DNA of 64,000 bases, taken from assembly GCA_965203905.1 (NCBI GenBank), contig CBDBDQ010000005.1, positions 1,696,001 to 1,760,000 on the forward strand, written 5' to 3'. Both the position numbers and the translations under genes were made by a program. The stretch comes from Spirochaetia bacterium. GTDB taxonomy: Bacteria > Spirochaetota > Spirochaetia > SZUA-6 > Bin103. Below, piece by piece: positions 17,703-24,891 of the stretch. How positions within the stretch are numbered: the stretch's first letter is position 1; each line of letters begins with the position of its first letter. The notes under the pieces are model-generated. The model ran no database searches and was not told the origin of the DNA. It saw only the letters and a list, made by a program, of their open reading frames with translations.

Positions 17703-19500
17703 GGATCGGCGCTCCTGCCGGGACTCCCGGCGCCGCGGCCGTGCGGGTAGCATCTGCCTCGCCGGCAAGGTGCGTCACGGCGGCGACGCCCTGGCGGCGA
17801 ATGAACTCGTTGAAACTCTCCCCGGCCCGCCGGTGAGCCTGGTAGGCGCGCATCACCCGGGTCAGGAGCGCCGGCAGTTGTGCCACCGGGACCGCCCGGT
17901 ACGCCTCTTCGGCGAGCGCCTGCTCCTGATCCATGCCGCCGCCGAACAAGACGTTGTAGGCCTCCACCGGCTCGCCGTCATGGGTCGTTCCGACACCGAG
18001 CAGGCCGATGTCGCCGCAGTAGTGCTGGGCGCAGGAGTTGGGGCAGCCGGTCAGGTGGATGTTGATCGGGCCGTCGAGCGGCACGTTGCGTTCCAGGTGG
18101 CGGGCCAGGGCGACGGCGGCGCCCTTGGTGTCGGTCATGGCGTACTTGCAGCCGGCGTTGCCGGTGCACGCCACGGTACCGGCCGCGTAGCTCGACGGCG
18201 ACGCGCTCAGCCCGATCTGCTCCAGCGCCGCCGCCAGCGCGGTGGTGTCACGGTCGGCCACGTGCGGAATCAGCGGATTCTGGAACACGGTAAGGCGCAG
18301 CTCGCCCGCCCCGAACCGGTCCGCCAGGTCCGCCAGCGCCGCCATCCGGTCACCGGACAGCCGGCCGCCCGGTACGCCAGCCCCCACCCAGTTGCGACCG
18401 GGCTGGCACTGGCGGTGCACGCCGACGTGCGCGCCGCGCAGCACCGGTTTCGGTTCGGCGCACTGCTCGAGCGGCAGGCGCCGCAGCGCCGCGCCGAGCA
18501 GCGCCTCGGTCTCCGCTACGAACCGCTCGATTCCCCAGCGCTCCAGCACGTACTTGAGGCGTGCGCGCTTGCGGTTGGTGCGGTCGCCGGCGGCCGCAAA
18601 CACGCGCAGCATCGCCGCGACCACCGCGACGCACTCCTCCGGCGGCACCACGATTCCGGCGTCGTGGCCGAAGCTGCCGTGCCCGGTGATGCCGCCGAGC
18701 AACACGCGGAAGTACACGCCGGGCGCCAGTTCCGCGCCCGGCTCCGCGGCCTGTTCCGGGACCCGCACCGCGCGCAGGGCGATGTCATTGGTGGCCCCGG
18801 CCACGCTCACCTGGCCGCCGCTGTCGAATGCCACGTTGAACTTGCGCGGCAGCCCGTACAGGTCGCGGCTGTGGAGGATGTAGTGATGCAATGCGCGCGC
18901 CTGCGGGCGCACGTCGCACAGCTCCTGCGGGTCGAAGCCGGAGGTGGGCGTGGCGGTGACGTTGCGGATGTTGTCGGCTCCCGCCCCGCGCGAGGTGAGG
19001 CCGAGATCGTACAGGCCCATCAGCAGGTCGGGGGCATGGCCGGCGGCCACCTCGCGCAGCTGCAGATTGCCGCGCGTGGTCAGGTCGGCATAGCCCCCGG
19101 CGTACTCGGCGGCGAGTGCGGCCAGGCCGCGCAGTTGGCGCGAGCTGATCTGATTTGCCGGGATGCGCAGCCGGCACATGTACCCATCCTGCGCCGGGGC
19201 GGTGTGGAACAGGCCGTGAAACTTGTAGCGGAACACGTCATCCGCTTCCGGGAACCGCTCGTGCGCCGCATTGGCCACCACGGTGTCCCAGATGTCGAGC
19301 GGGTTGCGCTCGTGCTTGATCCGTTCCTCCCGCGACAGCTCGTCGACCGGTACGCCGTGTACCAGCGCCGCGTCCTGCGCCCCCGGCGACTCCCGCCGCC
19401 GCAGGGCGCCGGCAAACAGCTCTTCGAGATAGCGGCGCTGTTCGTCGGTGAACGGTGCCGCCGCGGGCGTTCCGGGAGCGGCGCCGTCGATCGAGGCCAC
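17692..19500 (-). CDS. nirA: NirA-family siroheme nitrite reductase
   Basis: FRYKFHGLF, MCRLRIP, LTTRGNLQLRE, LPRKFNVAF; siroheme/Fe4S4 cysteines ACTGNAGC and LTGCPNSC. Confidence 0.9.
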   Translation of the reverse strand: MASIDGAAPGTPAAAPFTDEQRRYLEELFAGALRRRESPGAQDAALVHGVPVDELSREERIKHERNPLDIWDTVVANAAHERFPEADDVFRYKFHGLFHTAPAQDGYMCRLRIPANQISSRQLRGLAALAAEYAGGYADLTTRGNLQLREVAAGHAPDLLMGLYDLGLTSRGAGADNIRNVTATPTSGFDPQELCDVRPQARALHHYILHSRDLYGLPRKFNVAFDSGGQVSVAGATNDIALRAVRVPEQAAEPGAELAPGVYFRVLLGGITGHGSFGHDAGIVVPPEECVAVVAAMLRVFAAAGDRTNRKRARLKYVLERWGIERFVAETEALLGAALRRLPLEQCAEPKPVLRGAHVGVHRQCQPGRNWVGAGVPGGRLSGDRMAALADLADRFGAGELRLTVFQNPLIPHVADRDTTALAAALEQIGLSASPSSYAAGTVACTGNAGCKYAMTDTKGAAVALARHLERNVPLDGPINIHLTGCPNSCAQHYCGDIGLLGVGTTHDGEPVEAYNVLFGGGMDQEQALAEEAYRAVPVAQLPALLTRVMRAYQAHRRAGESFNEFIRRQGVAAVTHLAGEADATRTAAAPGVPAGAPIHGS

Positions 19501-19502
19501 GG

Positions 19503-20861
19503 TTACGCGGCGCTCGGGGCGACTTCGAGCCGTGCCCGGCGCAGCCGCTCTTCCATCTCTGCGCGCGCCTCCACCTCGGCCGCCGGGGAGAAGCGCACCA
19601 GCAGCGTCAGCGAAGAGGCGCAGACCACGACGACCCCCAAGAGCAGCAGCGCCTGGGGCCATGGCAATCCCTCCATTCGGAACAGCAAGCCCGCGGCCAC
19701 CGCACCGGCGTTGCCGCCCGCACCGACGATGCCGGCCACCGAGCCGAGCGCCTTGCGGTTGATGAACGGCACCACCGAGTAGGACGCTCCCTCCGACATC
19801 TGCACGAACATGCTGAACGCCACCAGGGTGACGATCGCCACCGGGAGCACCGCCATGCGCGAGAACAGGATCAGGGCCAGCCCCTCGCCTGCCAGCACCA
19901 CGCCGAGAAAGGCCACCCGGCCCTTCAGGCCCCACTTCCTGCCGGCGCGGTCGCCGAACACGCCGCCCAGGGTGCGGGCGAAGATGTTCATCAGCCCGAA
20001 CAGCCCGGCGACGATCCCGGCCGCCTTCAGTCCCAGGTCGAAGTAATCCCTGAAGTACAGGGCGGCGATGTTGTTGACCGTGAGCTCGATGCCGAAGCAC
20101 GCGCCGTAGATCACGAACAGCACCCATACCCGCCGGTCGCGCGCCGCCAGCAGGAACGACCCCTTGGCCTGGCCGGCGCTCGCCATGCGCCGCGCGGCGC
20201 GCAGCTCGCGGTAGTTGCCGTCCACCGTGTCGGTGGTCAGGAACCAGTACAGCACCCCGGTAACGAGCATGGCGATGCCGGGCACCACCATCGCCAGGCG
20301 CCAGCTGATGGCGTCGGTGAATCCCAAGGCAACGAACAGGGCGAAGATCAGCGGCATCGCCATCTGCGTGACGCCGCCGCCGAGGTTGCCCCAGCCGGCC
20401 GTGGTGGCGTTCGCCGTGCCGACCACGTTGGGTGCGAAGGTCATCGAGGTGTGGTACTGGGTGATGACGAAGCTGGCCCCGACCGCGCCGATCGCCAGCC
20501 GGAACAGCAGGAACGAGGTGTAGCTGTTCGCCAAGCCGATGCCCATGACGGGAAGCGCGCCAAGCAGCAGCAGCCAGGTATAGGTGATGCGCGGCCCGAA
20601 ACGGTCGCACACCCAGCCGATCACCAGCCGTGCGACGACCGTGATCGCCACCGAGGCGATGATGGTGTTGCCGATCTGGGCCTGGGTGAGCGCCAGTTCC
20701 TCGCGCACCACCGCCATCAGCGGCGCGATCCCGAACCAGCCGAAGAAGCACAGGAAGAACGCGAACCAGGTCGTATGGAAGATGCGCATGGCCGGTTTCC
20801 GGTAGTTGAACAGGTCGATGCGCGTGGCCTTCGCGATCGCCAGAGAGGGGGAGTCGGACAA
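19503..20861 (-). CDS. NarK/NRT2-type MFS nitrate/nitrite transporter
   Basis: Hydrophobic multi-TM profile; nitrate signatures GTANATTAGWGNLGGG and GSVAGIVGAGGNAG; TTG start after GGAGG. Confidence 0.92.
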   Translation of the reverse strand: MSDSPSLAIAKATRIDLFNYRKPAMRIFHTTWFAFFLCFFGWFGIAPLMAVVREELALTQAQIGNTIIASVAITVVARLVIGWVCDRFGPRITYTWLLLLGALPVMGIGLANSYTSFLLFRLAIGAVGASFVITQYHTSMTFAPNVVGTANATTAGWGNLGGGVTQMAMPLIFALFVALGFTDAISWRLAMVVPGIAMLVTGVLYWFLTTDTVDGNYRELRAARRMASAGQAKGSFLLAARDRRVWVLFVIYGACFGIELTVNNIAALYFRDYFDLGLKAAGIVAGLFGLMNIFARTLGGVFGDRAGRKWGLKGRVAFLGVVLAGEGLALILFSRMAVLPVAIVTLVAFSMFVQMSEGASYSVVPFINRKALGSVAGIVGAGGNAGAVAAGLLFRMEGLPWPQALLLLGVVVVCASSLTLLVRFSPAAEVEARAEMEERLRRARLEVAPSAA

Positions 20862-20900
20862 CGGGGACCTCCGAGGAGCCGTTTTGTTGCCTACCCATAG

Positions 20901-20915
20901 GCAAGACCCGTGCCA
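20901..20915 (-). promoter_or_regulatory. sigma54 (-24/-12) promoter of the nitrate assimilation operon
   Basis: Minus strand TGGCACGGGTCTTGC matches TGGCAC-N5-TTGC, 40 bp upstream of the transporter start; AT-rich tract further upstream (20950-21045). Confidence 0.85.
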
Positions 20916-21151
20916 TTGCCCTTGCAGCGCCCCATCGGCCTCAGGCGGCCTTTTGAGAAATACAAAAACGTATGTTAGCGGATTATCAGATACCTATTTG
21001 TAGTTTTTGATGTATCACGTTACTCAAGTGTAGGTTTTGGTTCACTGTGCAACCAGGCCGACCCGGTGGATGCGACCAGAGCGTTGAGAGAAGCCGTCAA
21101 GGCGATACAGGAACGACAGTCGGCGGCGCGCCGGTCGCGCGGCGCCGTGTC

Positions 21152-21349
21152 TCACGTGGTTGATGTGTTTTGAGGATTGCTCAACATGCTGATGATATGC
21201 TTGGCCAAATGGTCGGAGATTTCGCGGTGTCGGGGTACTGGTTGGGGAACGCCGGTCTTCGGGTTACGGTACCAATCGTGCTTGGCGCCGTGTCTCACGA
21301 GTATGCAGCCCGCCTGCTCTATCTCTCGGATCAGGTCGCGTCGTTTCAC
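21152..21349 (-). CDS. hicA: HicA-family toxin
   Basis: MKRRDLIREIEQAGCILVRHGAKHDWYRNP..VPRHREI. Confidence 0.88.
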   Translation of the reverse strand: MKRRDLIREIEQAGCILVRHGAKHDWYRNPKTGVPQPVPRHREISDHLAKHIISMLSNPQNTSTT

Positions 21350-21537
21350 GACACAACGAGTTCGTCCACCTTGCGAACACCAGCAACAACGCCGACGCTC
21401 AAGTCGCGATAGAGGTCCCGCAGGTGCTCCTTGAGGTCGGCCAAGGTCTCACCCTGACTCCAGTAATCGGGGTAGTCTTGGAGATAGCCGATCCAGATGC
21501 CGTCCGCTTGCCAGTACACGAATTTCACTGTTGTCAT
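21346..21537 (-). CDS. hicB: Short HicB-family antitoxin
   Basis: WIGYLQDYPDYWSQGETLADLKEHL; 4-bp overlap with hicA. Confidence 0.8.
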   Translation of the reverse strand: MTTVKFVYWQADGIWIGYLQDYPDYWSQGETLADLKEHLRDLYRDLSVGVVAGVRKVDELVVS

Positions 21538-21758
21538 CGCCGGAGTCCTTGCACACTGCTCAGTTGGATACGCTCGGGGCTGTCCCTCACTAGGGATCTT
21601 GGAAACGTCTCTCCGTCGTCGGTCAATAGCATCACAGGACTATCGTCCGATCATAGCACACGGACGCGGAATCCGTTGCGCGGCGCAAGCAGCAGGGAGG
21701 TCGGCGAGATACGGGGTCGGCGTGACGGTGGTGACCGGCGTACCGGAGACGTGAGGCG

Positions 21759-22058
21759 TCAGTCGTCGCGGAGGGCGTGGTGTTCGGACCAGAGGCGCAG
21801 CGCCAGGGCGAAGTCGCGCTCGCGCAGCGCTACCAGGGCGCGCACCGCGAGCGACTCGGGACAGCGGTGCAGGGAGCAGGCGCGCTCGGCGGCGGCGCGC
21901 GCCGGTGCGGTGTGTCCGGCGCTGAGCGCCGCGCGCGCCCGCTGCCGCAGGCCGGCCGCGCAGCGTTCGATGAGCAGGACCTGCCGCAGGTCGGTGTGGC
22001 ACCGGTGGCACTCGGGCCCGCCGCGATGGCGGACGCCGCAGGTGGGGCATCGCTGCAC
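21759..22058 (-). CDS. Small Zn-ribbon + TPR-like protein
   Basis: CPTC..CHRC followed by Ala/Leu-rich helical repeats; starts 3 bp after the Hsp70 stop. Confidence 0.6.
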   Translation of the reverse strand: MQRCPTCGVRHRGGPECHRCHTDLRQVLLIERCAAGLRQRARAALSAGHTAPARAAAERACSLHRCPESLAVRALVALRERDFALALRLWSEHHALRDD

Positions 22059-22061
22059 GCG

Positions 22062-23828
22062 CTACTCCAGGTAGAACAGGATTTCTTCCAGGTCCCGCGT
22101 GGCTACGGCGGCGCGCTCGGTATCGCCGGCATTCGCAGCATCGCGAAGATCCTCCATCAGGTTGACGATCTCCTCCTTGTCTTCATCCGGGGCTTTTGCC
22201 AGGACCGCTTCCGCCCGCCTCAGCAGGTCGCGGATCTCGGGCGGTAGTTCCGGTGCGCCCGCCAGTTGCGGGGCATCGGCTGCGTCCGGCTCCGTTTCCG
22301 CGCCCCAGCGGGCGCTGATCCGCTCTTGCGAGGCGTCGAGCGCCTCCTCCGTGGAGCGGCCGATCGCCTGCTCGATCACGCCGCGGATCTCGCGGCCGGT
22401 GGCCCGCTCCACGGCGTGCACGCTCAGGATGCCGTCCAGGTCCAGGTGGTAGGTGAACAGCAGGCCGCGGTCGCGAGCTCCCTGCTGGCTGTTCAACCCC
22501 TCGAACAGGAAGGTGCCGATCTCGACGTTCTGCAACGCGTCCGCGTCCTCCCCCTGATACACCTTGATCTCGGCGGACGGCTGATTCTCGTACACCGTGT
22601 AGAACGCCTCGGTGTGGGTGGCAGGCAGCTTCGCGTTGCGCCGGATCAGCGGCACGAACTGATGCGCGTAGGGACGCCCGTCGAGTTCACCCAGGATGCT
22701 GGTGCCGAACGTGTAAGGCGTGATGTCGACCAGCACGGCCGGCATGTCCAGACCCATTTCGATGCCCGCCTGCACGCCGGCCCCCAGCGCCACGCACAGC
22801 TCCGGGTTCACTTCCCCGTGCGGCTCCTGTCCCAGGCGCTCGGCCAGCAGTTGGGAGACGCGCGGAATGCGGGTCGATCCGCCGACCAGCAGAATCCGGT
22901 CCAGCTCGTTCGGGCGCACCGCCGCGTCATTGAGTGCGGTGGTGACGGCGCGCATGGTGCCGGCCAGCAGCTCCTCGATGGCGCCCTCGAAGTCGGTGCG
23001 GCTCCACTCCCATGACAGGTGCTTCACGGCGCCGTCCACCGTGGCCACGTGATCTTCCTCGACCAGCACGTACGGCTGCCGGGAGAGTTCGACCTTCGCC
23101 TGTTCCGCGGCCCTGCGCAGCCGCGCCTGCAGCACGCGGTCGTCGCGTGCGCCGTCGAGCCCGGCATCCGTCTCCAGGTGGTCGTTGATGCGATCCAGGA
23201 TCAGCGCGTCGAAGTCGTCGCCGCCGAGGTGATTGTCGCCGCTCGTAGCCAGCACTTCGACCACCCCGCTCTCGATCTTCACCACCGACACGTCGAACGT
23301 GCCGCCGCCAAGGTCGTACACCAGAATCTTGCGTTCCCCGTCGTCGCCGCCGTGGTAGGCGAGGGCGGCCGCGGTGGGTTCGTTGATGATCCGCACCACC
23401 TCCAGGCCGGCGATCCGGCCCGCCTCGCGGGTCGCCTGCCGCTGGGCGTCGGTAAAGTAGGCGGGCACGGTGATCACCGCCTTGCGCACCGGACGTCCGA
23501 GCGCACCGGCCGCCCGCTCCTTGAGCGCCTTCAGGATGAACGCCGATATCTCCTGCGGGCTGTACGCTTCCGATCCCATGCGCACGCGCGTGTCGGAGCC
23601 CATCAGCCGCTTGATCGAGCGTACCGTCCGTTCCGGGGCTACCGCATACTGGTTGCGCGCCTGGTGTCCCACCACGATCGCTCCCGCGTCGTCCAGGCCC
23701 ACGCACGAGGGCAGGATCGCGTCGTCATCCGTGCCGACGATCCGTGGCGCGGCGCCGGCGATGATCGCCACCTCCGAGTTGGTGGTGCCCAGGTCGATGC
23801 CGATCACCGGCTCACGATCGGCTGCCAT
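22062..23828 (-). CDS. Hsp70/DnaK-family protein (non-housekeeping paralog)
   Basis: IGIDLGTTNS, VITVPAYF, IINEPTAAALAY, YDLGGGTFDVS, LVGGSTRIP; divergent linker VLVDITPYTFG and a short C-terminal region ending ILFYLE. Confidence 0.92.
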   Translation of the reverse strand: MAADREPVIGIDLGTTNSEVAIIAGAAPRIVGTDDDAILPSCVGLDDAGAIVVGHQARNQYAVAPERTVRSIKRLMGSDTRVRMGSEAYSPQEISAFILKALKERAAGALGRPVRKAVITVPAYFTDAQRQATREAGRIAGLEVVRIINEPTAAALAYHGGDDGERKILVYDLGGGTFDVSVVKIESGVVEVLATSGDNHLGGDDFDALILDRINDHLETDAGLDGARDDRVLQARLRRAAEQAKVELSRQPYVLVEEDHVATVDGAVKHLSWEWSRTDFEGAIEELLAGTMRAVTTALNDAAVRPNELDRILLVGGSTRIPRVSQLLAERLGQEPHGEVNPELCVALGAGVQAGIEMGLDMPAVLVDITPYTFGTSILGELDGRPYAHQFVPLIRRNAKLPATHTEAFYTVYENQPSAEIKVYQGEDADALQNVEIGTFLFEGLNSQQGARDRGLLFTYHLDLDGILSVHAVERATGREIRGVIEQAIGRSTEEALDASQERISARWGAETEPDAADAPQLAGAPELPPEIRDLLRRAEAVLAKAPDEDKEEIVNLMEDLRDAANAGDTERAAVATRDLEEILFYLE

Positions 23829-24586
23829 CAACCCGCTCCCTCCGTTCCCTGCAGGCGGTTGACCGCCACTTCGGCCAGGCGCAGCACCGCGCCGTCGCGC
23901 ACGAAACCACTGACGAATTCCTCCACCACGACCCCCTCTTCCTGCTGCTTGGACCGGCGTGTCTCCACGGCGTGCATGGTGCGGGCATCGAACCGCGCTC
24001 CCACCGCGGACCCGCCGCGCACGCCGAACTGCGCCAACATGCGGTCGCAGCGCCTGATCGCAAGCTCGTAGCCCTCGATCACCCCGGCGATTCCGGGCTC
24101 CATGCGGCGCCACAGCTTGCGCGCGCCCTTGCGCCGCCGCTTCCTGCCCTTGCTGCCGGCGCTCCGCAGCCGCGCCGCAGCGTCGCGGCCGCGTACCAGG
24201 GCGTCTCGCAGCTCCAGAACCGGCAGCAGACAGCGATTCTCGGCCGCGCGGGCGACCCGCTGTTCGAAGGCCGCCAGTTCCTCGTCGCGGCGTTCCAGCA
24301 CGCGATCGATCGCTTCGTAGCGGGCCGCGGCGCTGGTCAGCTCGCGCCCCGCCCGTGACTGCTCCCGGTTCTGCAGCCGCACCTCCTGCCGCAGCGCGGC
24401 GAGCTCCGAGAACAGGGTGTGCAGGTCACAGGGCGGGGCGCCACGATCTGCCTCCTGCTCGGCCGCTTCCTCCGGCGCGGCGTCCAGTTCATCCAGCCAC
24501 TGCGTGAACTGTTCCAGCGCCTGCCGCTTCCAGTCGCCGTGGCTGCGCTCGGTCTGCGCCACCGCGTCCAACCGCACGCCGTTCAC
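23828..24586 (-). CDS. grpE: GrpE-like nucleotide exchange factor with N-terminal coiled-coil extension
   Basis: LLPVLELRDAL, VGARFDARTMHAV, VVVEEFVSGF..VLRLAEVAV. Confidence 0.82.
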   Translation of the reverse strand: MNGVRLDAVAQTERSHGDWKRQALEQFTQWLDELDAAPEEAAEQEADRGAPPCDLHTLFSELAALRQEVRLQNREQSRAGRELTSAAARYEAIDRVLERRDEELAAFEQRVARAAENRCLLPVLELRDALVRGRDAAARLRSAGSKGRKRRRKGARKLWRRMEPGIAGVIEGYELAIRRCDRMLAQFGVRGGSAVGARFDARTMHAVETRRSKQQEEGVVVEEFVSGFVRDGAVLRLAEVAVNRLQGTEGAG

Positions 24587-24891
24587 TGCGTCAGCCCTTC
24601 CGCCGCCAGCAGCGCCTGCAGGCCGGGCGCCTTGCGAGCCCCCGTGCGCGCCTGCACCAGGGCCTCCAGCGCCAGCTCCCAGTCGCTGTACGCCGCGATC
24701 CCGAACAGGGCGGTCCGCACCCGCGAGCGGTCATCCTGCAGCGCCTCGTAGGCGGCCGTGACGCGCTGGAAGCGCTCCGGATCGCGGCTCGGGGGGTGAC
24801 GGCGGATCAAGGCCAGGTAACGCTGCCGTATCTCCTCCTGGCTGGCGCCCGGGGCAAGATCCAGGGTCAGGTAGTGGGCCAACATCAACAT
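24583..24891 (-). CDS. Small DnaJ-like J-domain protein (HPP instead of HPD)
   Basis: HYLTLDLAPGASQEEIRQRYLALIRRHPPSRDPERFQRVTAAYEAL. Confidence 0.8.
   Translation of the reverse strand: MLMLAHYLTLDLAPGASQEEIRQRYLALIRRHPPSRDPERFQRVTAAYEALQDDRSRVRTALFGIAAYSDWELALEALVQARTGARKAPGLQALLAAEGLTQ

Noticed and set aside
12118-20916. ORF-track giants 12118..16398 (1426 aa) and 17692..20916 (1074 aa) as larger fusions
   Set aside because: Their N-terminal parts are off-frame read-through over the flavoprotein and transporter genes; recognisable domains start at 15846 and 19500.
22062-24891. Housekeeping dnaK-dnaJ-grpE locus
   Set aside because: The J protein is tiny and lacks HPD and the Zn-finger region, the Hsp70 linker and C-terminus diverge, and there is no hrcA or CIRCE element.
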